Source of the DNA: Thermodesulfobacteriota bacterium
GTDB taxonomy: Bacteria > Desulfobacterota_D > UBA1144 > Nemesobacterales > Nemesobacteraceae
Length of the DNA: 64,000 nucleotides
Reading direction: 5' to 3'
NCBI GenBank assembly: GCA_965229995.1
Contig: OZ245933.1
Location: 1,317,800 to 1,381,799 of the forward strand
Made by a program: the position numbers and the translations under genes. Position 1 is the first letter of the stretch; each line of letters opens with the position of its first letter. The notes beneath the pieces were generated by a model. The model was not told where the DNA came from. It worked only from the letters and a program-made list of their open reading frames with translations, and did no database searches. Below, piece after piece: positions 49,012-58,952 of the stretch.

Positions 49012-51702
49012 ATGTTCCAGCATCCCCTCTACCTGATTGACGGCAGTTCATATATATTCAGGGCGTATTACGGAATAAGGGCCGATCTTTCCACATCAGA
49101 TGGGTTGCCCACCAACGCCATCTACGGATTTGCCAACATGCTTCTTAAGTTTCTCAGGGAGTACGAACCGGAATACCTGGGAATAGTGTTTGATTCCAAG
49201 GGAGAAGTGTTCAGAAACGAAATATACCCCGAGTACAAGGCCAACAGGGATGAGGCTCCTGAGAGTCTGAAGCTTCAGTTTCCGAAGATTTTCGAGCTGG
49301 TCCGGGCCTTTTCGGTCCCGATGCTGGCAATGGAAGGATACGAGGCCGACGACATCATGGGAACCATAGCCAGGGCGCAGGAAGAATCAAAGGTCGTTCT
49401 GATTACCGGAGACAAGGACTTCTGCCAGATGGTGTCCGAGAACGTGACTCTGATTGACACGATGAGAGATAGGGTGACTGGGGTGCGGGAAGTACGGCAG
49501 AAATACGGAATCGGGCCTGAACAGATGATTGATTTCTTCGCTCTTGTGGGAGATAAGGTCGATAACGTGCCGGGAGTCGCAGGCGTCGGGGAAAAAACCG
49601 CCTCAGCCCTTATATCCGAGTACGGAGATCTTGACGGCGTATACAGGAACCTCGACGCGCTTCGCCCGAGCGTCGCCCAGAAACTCAGAGAGCATAAAGA
49701 TAATGCGTACCTGAGCCGCGAACTCGTTACCATAAAAACGGACGTCGAGGTAGGAACCGGAATTGAGGATTTCAGATACGGGGGATACGCGGCCGAAGAT
49801 CTTCGGAAAATATTCTCAGAACTTGAGTTTGAAAAGCTTCTTGACGGGATCGGCGGCACCTCTCGCCCGCCAAGCGAAGGCGAAGCAGTAAGATACGATT
49901 CCTACGAAACTGTTTTCGAGGAGAAATCGCTCGGTCGGGTCATAAGCATGGTAGAGGAAGCGGGAGAACTCTCAATAGATCTCGAGACTGACTCAAAGCT
50001 GCCGATGAACGCAGGGATAGTGGGTTTTTCGCTCTGCTCCGCTCCAGGGCAGGCTTTTTACGTTCCCGTCGGGCACATCGGAACCATTGAAACCGAAAGA
50101 CAGATGAAACTTGACACCGCGCTTTCTATGCTGAAACCCGTTTTAGAATCCGAGGACGTAAGGAAAGTAGGTCAGAACATAAAATACGAGATGCTAGTGC
50201 TGAGAAACCACGGCGTCACGCTCAGGGGGATTTACTTCGACACTATGCTAGCCGCGCACCTGCTCGACGCTTCCCGAGGGAGCTACAAGCTTGACGAACT
50301 CTCAAGAACGGAGCTGGGTCACAGGATGATTTCCTACGATGACGTTACGGGAAAAGGGAAGTCCAAAAAGAGTTTCGCCGAAGTGGACATCGAGACGGCG
50401 ACAAGATACTCCTGCGAAGATTCGGACGTGACTCTTATTCTTTCAAGGAAATTTCTTGAGACTCTCAAACAAGAGGGTCTCTGGGACCTTTACACAGAAA
50501 ACGTCCTCGGTCTTCTTCCGGTTCTCTGCGACATGGAATTTGCGGGAGTGAGTGTTGACACCGCGATTCTCGGGGAGATGTCCGAAGAGTTTGAAAAAGA
50601 CCTAGATTCCATTGAGAGCGAAATATATGAAAAAACCGGGAAAAAGTTCAATATAAACTCAACAAAACAGCTTTCCGAAGTGCTTTTCGAAGAACTTCGG
50701 CTTCCCACCAGAAAGAAAACCGCGAAAGGCGCTTTCTCCACCGATTCCGAGGTGCTGAGAGATCTCTCCACAATCCACGAGGTACCACGTCTCATACTGA
50801 GACACAGGGTTCTTTCCAAACTGAAATCCACCTACATCGATCAGCTCCCAAGGCTCATCAACCCGGCCACGGGAAGAATTCACACCTCTTTTAATCCCGC
50901 CGGCACTTCAACCGGGAGGCTAAGCTCAAGCGACCCGAATCTTCAGAACATCCCGATAAAAACCGAGGACGGAAAAAGAGTAAGAAAATCGTTTGTAGCG
51001 AAGGACAGCTGCGTTATACTGTCGGCCGATTATTCCCAGATAGAACTTCGCCTGCTCGCCCATTTCTCGGAAGACCCCACACTGCTTGAGGCGCTTCGAA
51101 ACGACAAGGACGTACACGTCGCAACGGCCTGCGAAATCTTTAACGCGACCGAGGACCGGGTCACTTCCGAGATGCGGAATCTCGCCAAGACCATAAACTT
51201 CGGGATAATATACGGGATAAGTGCTTTTGGGCTCTCAAAGCAGCTCGGCACCACGGTCTCGGTCTCAAGAAACTACATAAGCCGGTATTTCGACAGATAT
51301 TCAGAGGTGAAAGCCTATATGAAGTCATCGGTTGAAGAAGCGAGGAACAGAGGCTACACCGAGACGCTTGTCGGGAGAAGAAGGCCAATACCGGAGCTTG
51401 TGTCGGGAAACAGGGTGGAGAGGAACAGAGGAGAGCGTGAAGCCATAAATACTCCAATACAGGGATCCGCGGCGGATATAATAAATCTGGCCATGATCCG
51501 AATATTCAGAAGACTTGAAGAAGGGGGTTTTCACTCCAAGATGATTCTTCAGGTTCACGACGAGCTTCTTTTCGAGGTGTATGAAACAGAACTTGAAGAA
51601 CTGCAAATTCATATAAAAAACGATATGGAAAACGCCTGGGAGCTTCGTGTGCCGCTTAGAGTGGAGATGCGCCCCGCAAAAAACTGGGCCGACGCCCACT
51701 GA
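49012..51702 (+). CDS. polA: DNA polymerase I
   Basis: 896 aa with a 5'-3' exonuclease/FEN domain, a 3'-5' exonuclease region and family-A polymerase motifs (RRxxKxxNFGxxYG: RNLAKTINFGIIYG; and QVHDELLFE). Confidence 0.95.
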   Translation: MFQHPLYLIDGSSYIFRAYYGIRADLSTSDGLPTNAIYGFANMLLKFLREYEPEYLGIVFDSKGEVFRNEIYPEYKANRDEAPESLKLQFPKIFELVRAFSVPMLAMEGYEADDIMGTIARAQEESKVVLITGDKDFCQMVSENVTLIDTMRDRVTGVREVRQKYGIGPEQMIDFFALVGDKVDNVPGVAGVGEKTASALISEYGDLDGVYRNLDALRPSVAQKLREHKDNAYLSRELVTIKTDVEVGTGIEDFRYGGYAAEDLRKIFSELEFEKLLDGIGGTSRPPSEGEAVRYDSYETVFEEKSLGRVISMVEEAGELSIDLETDSKLPMNAGIVGFSLCSAPGQAFYVPVGHIGTIETERQMKLDTALSMLKPVLESEDVRKVGQNIKYEMLVLRNHGVTLRGIYFDTMLAAHLLDASRGSYKLDELSRTELGHRMISYDDVTGKGKSKKSFAEVDIETATRYSCEDSDVTLILSRKFLETLKQEGLWDLYTENVLGLLPVLCDMEFAGVSVDTAILGEMSEEFEKDLDSIESEIYEKTGKKFNINSTKQLSEVLFEELRLPTRKKTAKGAFSTDSEVLRDLSTIHEVPRLILRHRVLSKLKSTYIDQLPRLINPATGRIHTSFNPAGTSTGRLSSSDPNLQNIPIKTEDGKRVRKSFVAKDSCVILSADYSQIELRLLAHFSEDPTLLEALRNDKDVHVATACEIFNATEDRVTSEMRNLAKTINFGIIYGISAFGLSKQLGTTVSVSRNYISRYFDRYSEVKAYMKSSVEEARNRGYTETLVGRRRPIPELVSGNRVERNRGEREAINTPIQGSAADIINLAMIRIFRRLEEGGFHSKMILQVHDELLFEVYETELEELQIHIKNDMENAWELRVPLRVEMRPAKNWADAH

Positions 51703-51722
51703 CCTAAAAGAACGATACAGCA

Positions 51723-53126
51723 ATGATTAACTCCAGAAGAAAAGCCTTGATTCTGCGCACACTGGTTTTATTTTTCGCTTTTCTACCGGCAGCATCTTCC
51801 TACGCTGAAGTAAACCAGAAGAAAATCCTCTCCTTTATTTCAAAAAACGCCTCGTCGCGAGGGAAAATCGGGATCATGGTCCGCTCCGCCGATACCGGCA
51901 AAACGGTTTTCCGCTACAACAGCAAAAAGGAATTCATTCCCGCCTCCAACAACAAGATACTTTCCTCAGTCGCGGCGCTTTCGCTTCTCGGGAAGGATTT
52001 TCAGTTCAAAACGGAGTTTTATCTGGGCGGAGGAATACACTCGGGAGTCGGCCACGGCGGTCTTTACGTAAAAGGATTCGGAGATCCCTCCATAGACATC
52101 AAGAAGCTTAGGGAGATTGCAGGGCAAATTAAAGCCCTCGGGATAACGGGAATCGAGGGTGGGATTCACCTCGACGGTTCGTATTTTGACGACATCCATT
52201 ACGGAGAGGGCTGGGACCCGGATTGGTTCGGTAAAGGATTCTGCCCTCCCGTAACGGCAATTTCGTTTAACTACAACTCGGCCAAGATAAAGATTTCCGC
52301 GTCCAGGGTACAGGGGGTACCCGCGATAGTAAGTACGGAACCTGCCGAGTTTCCCTTCCCGATTAGAAACAGGGTTTCCACGTCGCTAAAAAAATCGGGT
52401 GTGAGAGCGCAATACAACGAACGAAATGAGCTCAGGATCTCCGGATACGTCTCCTCCCGGAAAAAAGCTGAAACCCTGGAGCTTTCGGTACCCGACCCGT
52501 TTTTTTACTTCGGGTCGGTACTCAAGCAAGTTCTTGAAGAAAATGGAATCGAGGTAAACGGAAATATAGACCGCAGGAGAGTACCCCGGTGGACCGGAAA
52601 AATATTCACCCATTACTCAGAACCTCTGGGCACCGTTATCCGTGAGTACAACAAAGAAAGCGTCAATATAATCGGAGAAAGCATAGTCAAGGTGATCGGA
52701 GCCAAGTATTTCAGTGCCCCGGGCTCATGGAAATCCGGTACGTACGTAATTGAAAATCATCTGAGGAAAATCGGTCTTAACGGAAACTTCTCCATGGCCG
52801 ACGGCTCCGGTCTTTCAAGGCTGAACAGGGTCTCCCCGGAAGATATAACCCAAGCACTCGCCAAGGTATACGAAGATCCAGATATTTCCGAGGAGTTCCT
52901 CGCATCCCTTCCGATTGCCGGTGTTGACGGAACTCTTAAGGGGAGGTTTCGCAATCTCAAGGGCAAGGTCTACGCGAAAACCGGATATCTTGAAGGAGCC
53001 AGGTCCCTATCCGGTTATGCCTTCGGGAAAAACGGGCGGGTTTACGTTTTTTCCATCATATCAAACGGCGTGGGGGCGAGGGTAAAAAAACTTCAGAACC
53101 TGCTTCTGCGAGAACTTGTCTACTGA
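51723..53126 (+). CDS. dacB: D-alanyl-D-alanine carboxypeptidase/endopeptidase (PBP4, peptidase S13, DacB family)
   Basis: 467 aa with a signal peptide, the SxxK active-site-like PASNNK, and an SDN-like motif plus KTG (YAKTGYLEG), matching the S13 architecture. Confidence 0.85.
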   Translation: MINSRRKALILRTLVLFFAFLPAASSYAEVNQKKILSFISKNASSRGKIGIMVRSADTGKTVFRYNSKKEFIPASNNKILSSVAALSLLGKDFQFKTEFYLGGGIHSGVGHGGLYVKGFGDPSIDIKKLREIAGQIKALGITGIEGGIHLDGSYFDDIHYGEGWDPDWFGKGFCPPVTAISFNYNSAKIKISASRVQGVPAIVSTEPAEFPFPIRNRVSTSLKKSGVRAQYNERNELRISGYVSSRKKAETLELSVPDPFFYFGSVLKQVLEENGIEVNGNIDRRRVPRWTGKIFTHYSEPLGTVIREYNKESVNIIGESIVKVIGAKYFSAPGSWKSGTYVIENHLRKIGLNGNFSMADGSGLSRLNRVSPEDITQALAKVYEDPDISEEFLASLPIAGVDGTLKGRFRNLKGKVYAKTGYLEGARSLSGYAFGKNGRVYVFSIISNGVGARVKKLQNLLLRELVY

Positions 53127-53938
53127 TTTATTCCGTGGAAACTGTCCGCCAATCTAGCGAATTCCTCAACCGAAAGCGATTCAGCCCTTCTTCCCTGATC
53201 GATGCGCGAATCCGAAAGCGCCCGTTCAACCGTCTCCCTCTCAAAAAAATTGCCGAGCGAATTCCTTATGGTCTTTCTCCGCGAGGAAAACGCATGCCTC
53301 GTAACGGCCCTGAATGTCTTCTCTCTTGATACCGAAAACACGGGTTCTTTCAGCGGATCAAGGATCACCACCGCCGAATCCACATCGGGAACCGGATAAA
53401 ATGCGCGGCGCGAGACCTTGAAGGCAAGCTTTATACTAAAACAGCTCTGAAGAAGCACAGACAGGGAACCGTAACTTTTTCGTCCCTTTGGAGAGGATAT
53501 TCTCTGCGCCACTTCTTTTTGCAGCATGACGACTATTTTCGAGAAAAGCTCTCTTTCATCAAGAAGCTTCAGCAGAATCCGGGTGGATATGTTATAGGGA
53601 AGATTGGATACGAGCTTCATTTCTCCTCCAGCGGAAAAACGACTGAAACTGACTTTAAGGGCGTCTTCGTAAACGAACCTGACGGTTTCGGATTCTCCGA
53701 ATTTTTCGTCAAGAAAGGTTTTGAGTCTACTGTCTTTTTCAATCGCGGTGACTCTGCCGGCACCAAGCGTGAGATGTTCGGTGAGGCTGCCTTTGCCGGG
53801 ACCGATTTCAATCACATGGTCTTCTTCCCGGAGTTCTGCGGCAGCGCTGATTTTACGCAGTATGTTTGGGTCGTTCAGAAAATTCTGTCCGAGCCTTTTA
53901 GTATGGCGAAATGTCTCTTCCTGCTCCATATCATCCAC
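53120..53938 (-). CDS. rsmA: 16S rRNA (adenine1518/1519-N6)-dimethyltransferase RsmA/KsgA
   Basis: 272 aa with LGQNFLND, the SAM motif VIEIGPGKGSLT and the NLPYNIS catalytic motif. Confidence 0.95.
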   Translation of the reverse strand: MDDMEQEETFRHTKRLGQNFLNDPNILRKISAAAELREEDHVIEIGPGKGSLTEHLTLGAGRVTAIEKDSRLKTFLDEKFGESETVRFVYEDALKVSFSRFSAGGEMKLVSNLPYNISTRILLKLLDERELFSKIVVMLQKEVAQRISSPKGRKSYGSLSVLLQSCFSIKLAFKVSRRAFYPVPDVDSAVVILDPLKEPVFSVSREKTFRAVTRHAFSSRRKTIRNSLGNFFERETVERALSDSRIDQGRRAESLSVEEFARLADSFHGINQ

Positions 53939-54105
53939 TCGCGAAAACCGGTATCGATCCCGACCCCGCGGGAAAATACAATCGTAAAACTATACTCTGA
54001 TTCTATGTTTTCGGAGATTACGCGGGATTACCCGCCAGCGAAGCAAACGGATACTACTTTAGAGCAACTCTTGAGTACGAAAGCAAAATAATGAAGCCCG
54101 CAAAG

Positions 54106-54381
54106 TTATTCTTCCTTGAACCTGAATATCTTTTCTTTATCTTTTATCATCCCCAGTTCTTCTCTCAGTATTTTCTCAAGGTATCTTTGGTCTTGCTTTA
54201 TGGCGTCTATTTCCTTTTTGTAAGCGCTGTTCTGCGCCTTTAAGTCCTCCATTCTCTTTTCTATCCTCTTGTTTTCGTTTTTGAGAAAATAGACCTTGGA
54301 AATCTCGTTGAAAAACACCAAGGCCACCACCACGATAATTACCGAATACAGGGCCAGCCTGATGAATTTCCCCGGTTTCAT
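54106..54381 (-). CDS. ftsB: Septum formation initiator family protein (FtsB/DivIC-like)
   Basis: 91 aa with one N-terminal transmembrane helix followed by a coiled coil (KRMEDLKAQNSAYKKEIDAIKQDQRYLEKILREELG). Confidence 0.75.
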   Translation of the reverse strand: MKPGKFIRLALYSVIIVVVALVFFNEISKVYFLKNENKRIEKRMEDLKAQNSAYKKEIDAIKQDQRYLEKILREELGMIKDKEKIFRFKEE

Positions 54382-54387
54382 ATGTCT

Positions 54388-55029
54388 TTACAGCGCAAAA
54401 GTTCCAATAAGAAAAGGGTTGGTGCTTTTTTCAATTCCCACGGTCGTTCGGGGACCGTGGCCTGGATGGATTTCGTAGTGGTCGGGATATTTAAAAATCT
54501 CGGAGCGGATCGACCCGACAAGTTCCGCCATGGTTGTTCCCCCCGTAAGATCCACTCTGCCGACGCTTCCCGCGAAAACCGTGTCACCCGCTATTATGGA
54601 TTCTTCGAAAACAAAACATATGTGCCCCCAGGTGTGTCCCGGGACAAGCAGAATATCTCCCCTGAGATTCCCGACTGAAAGCGTATCTCCTTCTTTCACG
54701 TAGCCGTCTACCTCGGGGACCTCGACAAAGTCAAATCCGGGAAACCTCATCTTCGCCTCGGGAAGCACGTCAAGCACGGGCTGTTCTTTTTGGTGTATGT
54801 AAAAGGGTATGCCGAGCTTCTTTTTAAAAGCCTCAACACCGGCCACATGATCCAGATGCGCGTGGGTGTTGACTATTTTTTTTACCTTGAGTCCCGATCT
54901 TTCAATTTCCGCGGATATCTCCTCTATCTGCTCTCCTGGGTCAACGAGCATCGCCTCGTTAGTCTCTTCATCCCCTATGATGTAGCAGTTTTCAATGAAT
55001 ATCCCGCCCGGGACGCATTTTATTATCAA
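54388..55029 (-). CDS. MBL-fold metallo-hydrolase (glyoxalase II-like)
   Basis: 213 aa with the HxHxDH motif (NTHAHLDHVAG) and the downstream His/Asp of the metallo-beta-lactamase fold. Confidence 0.85.
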   Translation of the reverse strand: MIIKCVPGGIFIENCYIIGDEETNEAMLVDPGEQIEEISAEIERSGLKVKKIVNTHAHLDHVAGVEAFKKKLGIPFYIHQKEQPVLDVLPEAKMRFPGFDFVEVPEVDGYVKEGDTLSVGNLRGDILLVPGHTWGHICFVFEESIIAGDTVFAGSVGRVDLTGGTTMAELVGSIRSEIFKYPDHYEIHPGHGPRTTVGIEKSTNPFLIGTFAL

Positions 55030-55319
55030 TCTGATCTCCTCTGAGTCTTGTTTATGCGAAAATCAGTGAATCCGCCCTCCGGCGGCATCCACTTGAGTTC
55101 AATCGATTCCACCTTTGCGCGGGGCGGACCCTCGCCGCACCACTCAATCAGTTTTTCGAGGTTCTCGGTCGTTCCTTCGGCAACTATCCTCACGTTTCCG
55201 TCCGCAAGGTTCTCAACATGTCCCCTGATACCAAGCCCAATAGCTTTTTGCACCGCCGAGGCTCTGAAATAAACTCCCTGTACTCTTCCCTTCACGAGGA
55301 TAAGCACTTTTTGTTCCAT
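55026..55319 (-). CDS. acyP: Acylphosphatase
   Basis: Has the VxGxVQGVxFR signature (VKGRVQGVYFRAS). The start is chosen at MEQKV; the raw ORF starts 12 nt upstream at 55331. Confidence 0.85.
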   Translation of the reverse strand: MEQKVLILVKGRVQGVYFRASAVQKAIGLGIRGHVENLADGNVRIVAEGTTENLEKLIEWCGEGPPRAKVESIELKWMPPEGGFTDFRINKTQRRSD

Positions 55320-55441
55320 CCGACTCTCCAAGATTACCGAAAGCCTCTGTCGGCGTCAATGAACGCGGGGATCCAGGGCTTCGGAATGCTTCCCAAGGCA
55401 AGAGAGAAAGGTTACACAGCGTTGACAGGGAAAAAGGCAAA

Positions 55442-56797
55442 ATGTATTTTGTTAGCTTGATGAGTGAGTACCGAGCCCATTTCAGATGCATCGACGAGAA
55501 TTGCTCTGAAACCTATCCCCTTGATGAAATCATCTACAGATGCAGGAAGTGCAACAATCTTCTCGACGTTCAGCACGACATGGAAACTCTCGGGCAAAAA
55601 ACGCCCGAGCAGTGGAGAGAGCTTTTCGACAGCAGATACAGAAAGCAGTCCTGGCCTTTCGGAAGCGGAGTCTGGGGAAAAAAGGAGTGGGTACTGCCCT
55701 CTATTGAAAACGAAAACATAGTTTCAATGTACGAGGGATGCACGAATCTTTTCTGGGCCGAGAGGTTAGGAAAACACGTCGGCGCGGAAGATCTCTGGAT
55801 AAAAATGTGCGGCAACAGTCACACGGGATCCTTTAAGGACCTAGGAATGACCGTGCTCGTTTCGGCCGTAAACCAGATGATAAGCGACAATGTGAACATC
55901 CCGGCGGTCGCCTGCGCCTCAACAGGGGACACCTCGGCTGCCTTGGCCGCCTACTGCGCGTCAGCAGGCATCCCTTCAATAGTTTTTCTTCCCAAAGACA
56001 AGGTATCCATTGCTCAGCTGATTCAGCCCATATCGAACGGATCCCTGGTTCTTTCCCTGGACACGGATTTTGACGGCTGCATGGAGATGGTCCAGAGAAT
56101 CACGAGCGAGCATAATATCTATCTCGCAAATTCCATTAACTCCCTGCGCATAGAGGGGCAGAAAACGATAAGCATAGAACTTTGCCAGCAGTTTGACTGG
56201 GAAGTTCCGGACTGGGTGATAATTCCGGGTGGCAACCTCGGCAACGTGTCCGCGCTCGGAAAGGGATTTTTGATGATGTATGACCTCGGTCTCATAAAAA
56301 AACTTCCGAGAATAGTTTGCGCGCAGGCGCAGAACGCAAACCCTCTTTACCTGAGCTTCCTTAAGGGCTTCAGCGAATTTGTCCCGGTAAGAGCGAAAAA
56401 AACCCTCGCAAACGCCATACAGATCGGAAACCCCGTAAGCATCAACAAAGCGATTTCGATTCTCAGGCGATTCGACGGAGTCGTTGAACAGGCATCGGAA
56501 GACGAACTCTCCCACGCCTCGGCAATGGCGGACAGAACGGGCACCTTTAACTGTCCCCATACCGGAGTCGCGCTCGCGGTGTTTTTGAAACTTCTTAAGA
56601 AAAAGGTTCTTTCCCCGAAGGAAAAAATAGTGGTCATTTCCACCGCTCACGGACTGAAGTTCGTGGAGTTCAAAGCTGGCTACCATAAGTCAGCCCTTGA
56701 GGGGATATCGTCTGAGCTGAGAAACGCTCCGGTGGAACTTCCAAACGATTACAAGACCGTAAGAGACGCCATACAAAGCAGAATTTCGGTCCAGTAA
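55442..56797 (+). CDS. thrC: Threonine synthase with N-terminal Cys4 zinc-ribbon
   Basis: 451 aa with the PLP-lysine motif HTGSFKDLGM and the overall threonine synthase pattern, preceded by C-x4-C...C-x2-C near the N-terminus. Confidence 0.85.
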   Translation: MYFVSLMSEYRAHFRCIDENCSETYPLDEIIYRCRKCNNLLDVQHDMETLGQKTPEQWRELFDSRYRKQSWPFGSGVWGKKEWVLPSIENENIVSMYEGCTNLFWAERLGKHVGAEDLWIKMCGNSHTGSFKDLGMTVLVSAVNQMISDNVNIPAVACASTGDTSAALAAYCASAGIPSIVFLPKDKVSIAQLIQPISNGSLVLSLDTDFDGCMEMVQRITSEHNIYLANSINSLRIEGQKTISIELCQQFDWEVPDWVIIPGGNLGNVSALGKGFLMMYDLGLIKKLPRIVCAQAQNANPLYLSFLKGFSEFVPVRAKKTLANAIQIGNPVSINKAISILRRFDGVVEQASEDELSHASAMADRTGTFNCPHTGVALAVFLKLLKKKVLSPKEKIVVISTAHGLKFVEFKAGYHKSALEGISSELRNAPVELPNDYKTVRDAIQSRISVQ

Positions 56798-56836
56798 CAA
56801 ACCCCTGCTCCCCCGCAACCCGGACGGTTCGCGCTC

Positions 56837-58258
56837 TCAGCCTCCCTCAGCGGTACCCGCATAGGCAGCCGCCGAGACTTTTTTCGAAGACCGGAATCTC
56901 CACCATTCCCAGGCAAGCAACGCCCATACGGGCGCAAACTCTATCCATACCACCACGTTTCCGAATATTCCAGTTTCCCCGGCGGGAGAAGGAAAATAAT
57001 ACTGGAGATAATAAAGCGGAAGCAACGCGGTGAGGGCAAGGAAACCCGGGCTCGAAGCTATGCAGAGAAACGGAAGAAGCCACGTGTAGTACCAGGGGAA
57101 CTGCGCCGGGCTCAGCAGAAACGCGCCTCCGATTATAAGAAGGGCTTTTCTGTGGATGCCAAAAGACCCGCTTGCAAACGCCACGTAGAACTTCCAGCCA
57201 AAAAGAAGCATAATGATGCCGGCTCTTGAGTGCATCTGCGCGTGTCCGGGGTGAATGCCAAGCGCCTCCAGAACGAATTCCCATCCCGAAAGAATCGTCG
57301 CGAAGAGCGGACTGTTGTTCTGCCAGCTCTTTCCATACGCCACGATCCCGGAAGCCGAATCCAGTTTGAACGCGAATGTGGGAAGAAGTATGATTAAAAG
57401 CGCGGCGGCGAAAACAAGGGTCTGCAAAAGCGTTTCCCGCTTCTCCCTAATGGGTTTTAAAAACATCCCGAAAAGAAGCGCAGGCCATAGCTTAACTCCC
57501 ACCGCAAGCGATAGTGCAAACGTCCAGAGCCTTTTCCTTCCGCAAAGAAAAAGAAGTATCGCTCCCAGTACGAACGGAAGCGCCAGGACGTCCATGTGCA
57601 CGGAGTTGAATATTTCCTTTGCCAGAAGCGGGTTCCACCAGTAGATAAGGGAACTTTGAAGGGGAATGTTAAGTTTTTTCAGGCTCGCAAACAAAAGCGC
57701 GAGCGTGGCCAGATCAAACACTATAAGCATAATTCTCCACCCCGTAAGGCTCATGGGAGATGTTTTGTAGGATACGGCAAAGAAGAATTCCGCAACCGGC
57801 GGATAAATGGTTTTCACGTGCGGGTGGTTTATTTTCTCAAGCGTATCGCCGTAGAGGCTCTTAAGTTCTTTGAGTTTTTCGCTCCCTCCATCCTCCACCG
57901 CTTCCTTTGGCGAGTGCTCGTAGGGATTCATCCCGTTTGCAAGAACGGCGCCGTCCCAGAAGTAGCGGTGAAAATCATTTTCAAGTATCGGGGTCGAAAA
58001 CAGAAACAGAACACGGAACCCGAGACCGAAAAGAACTATGAGAAGGAGCGAGCATGCGCGGTTTTTCCCGAGACTTCTCACCGCCACGAAGTAAATGACC
58101 GAGGCGGCAACCAGAAGCGATATGAAAACCGGTATCAGATCTTTTTCGAAAGCCTCTGAAGAGAGTTGCGGGGAGATTTTCGCAATAGCCCCTAGCAGGA
58201 AAAAAACGGCGGTTCCGCACAGGAGAAGGAGCCAGTTCGGTTTATTGATTTTCTGCAT
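56837..58258 (-). CDS. GT-C superfamily membrane glycosyltransferase (DUF2029 / GT87-like)
   Basis: Polytopic membrane protein of about 473 aa with multiple transmembrane helices and a conserved loop region (ENDFHRYFWDG...) typical of polyprenyl-phosphate-sugar-dependent glycosyltransferases. The start is chosen at the internal Met (MQKINKP) because the first 40 codons of the raw ORF (which runs to 58378) lie in AT-rich promoter-like sequence. Confidence 0.6.
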   Translation of the reverse strand: MQKINKPNWLLLLCGTAVFFLLGAIAKISPQLSSEAFEKDLIPVFISLLVAASVIYFVAVRSLGKNRACSLLLIVLFGLGFRVLFLFSTPILENDFHRYFWDGAVLANGMNPYEHSPKEAVEDGGSEKLKELKSLYGDTLEKINHPHVKTIYPPVAEFFFAVSYKTSPMSLTGWRIMLIVFDLATLALLFASLKKLNIPLQSSLIYWWNPLLAKEIFNSVHMDVLALPFVLGAILLFLCGRKRLWTFALSLAVGVKLWPALLFGMFLKPIREKRETLLQTLVFAAALLIILLPTFAFKLDSASGIVAYGKSWQNNSPLFATILSGWEFVLEALGIHPGHAQMHSRAGIIMLLFGWKFYVAFASGSFGIHRKALLIIGGAFLLSPAQFPWYYTWLLPFLCIASSPGFLALTALLPLYYLQYYFPSPAGETGIFGNVVVWIEFAPVWALLAWEWWRFRSSKKVSAAAYAGTAEGG

Positions 58259-58310
58259 CAATAGGTACAATTGTAAGAATAAAGTTTCATTCGGCTCGGA
58301 ACTCCGGAAG

Positions 58311-58915
58311 ATGAAGAAGAGCAGGGGAAAATTAAAACTAATTCTCAAGAGCAAATCAATCCTGCTCGGAAATTTCACTTTGGCATCAGGAAAGCAGAGT
58401 TCCTATTACATTGACGCCAGGCTCACAACCCTGGATCCCGAAGGCGCAAATTTGATATCAGAAATATTTTTGGGTGATATCGCCGCGCAGGGAGGCGTAA
58501 TGGCTGTAGGAGGACCATCCTCGGGTGCCGACCCCATGGTGGGCGCGATTATCTCCAGAAGTTATGCGGAGGATATGCCGCTTCGCGGGTTCATAGTTAG
58601 AAAGAAGGAGAAGGAACACGTACCGGAAACATGATAGAGGGCGGACTCTCTCAGGGAAACAGGGTAGCCATAGTCGAGGACGTGATTACGACCGGCGGTT
58701 CCGTGCTAAGAGCTATTGATCTCGTCGAGTCCGCGGGAGCCAGCGTCTGCAGAGTTCTTTGCGTCGTCGACAGGGGAGAGGAAACGGAAAAAAATTCCTT
58801 GAGCGGGACTGTAGCTTTTTTTCCATATTCAGGGTTTCGGAACTTCTCTAGGAAACACCTCGCAAAACCCTTTTGTTTTTCGCACAAACCGGAATGCTAT
58901 TCAGTTTTTACGTAA
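58311..58915 (+). pseudogene. pyrE: Orotate phosphoribosyltransferase pyrE interrupted by a 1-nt frameshift (authentic pseudogene or sequencing error)
   Basis: The N-terminal half (MKKSRGKLK...GFIVRKKEKEH) is in frame 0 and stops at 58634. The C-terminal half, with the PRPP-binding motif VAIVEDVITTGGS, continues in frame 2 from about 58616. Inserting one G into the GG run near 58620 restores KEH-G-TGNMIEGG, which matches the PyrE consensus RKExKxHGxGGxIEG. Confidence 0.6.
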
Positions 58916-58952
58916 TTATTGCCGCTGATATTTTAGGCGTGGAGATAATTTA

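Noticed and set aside
53939-54105. Possible tRNA or small RNA in the 167-nt ksgA-ftsB intergenic region (CCCGCGGG palindrome, GGTATCGATCCC T-arm-like string)
   Set aside because: No cloverleaf can be drawn and the T-loop-like segment lacks a complementary stem; more likely a promoter or leader.
55442-55560. Cys4 zinc-ribbon at the N-terminus of threonine synthase as something novel
   Set aside because: N-terminal zinc-ribbon extensions occur in a known subgroup of bacterial and archaeal ThrC; it is noted in the feature rather than treated as a finding.
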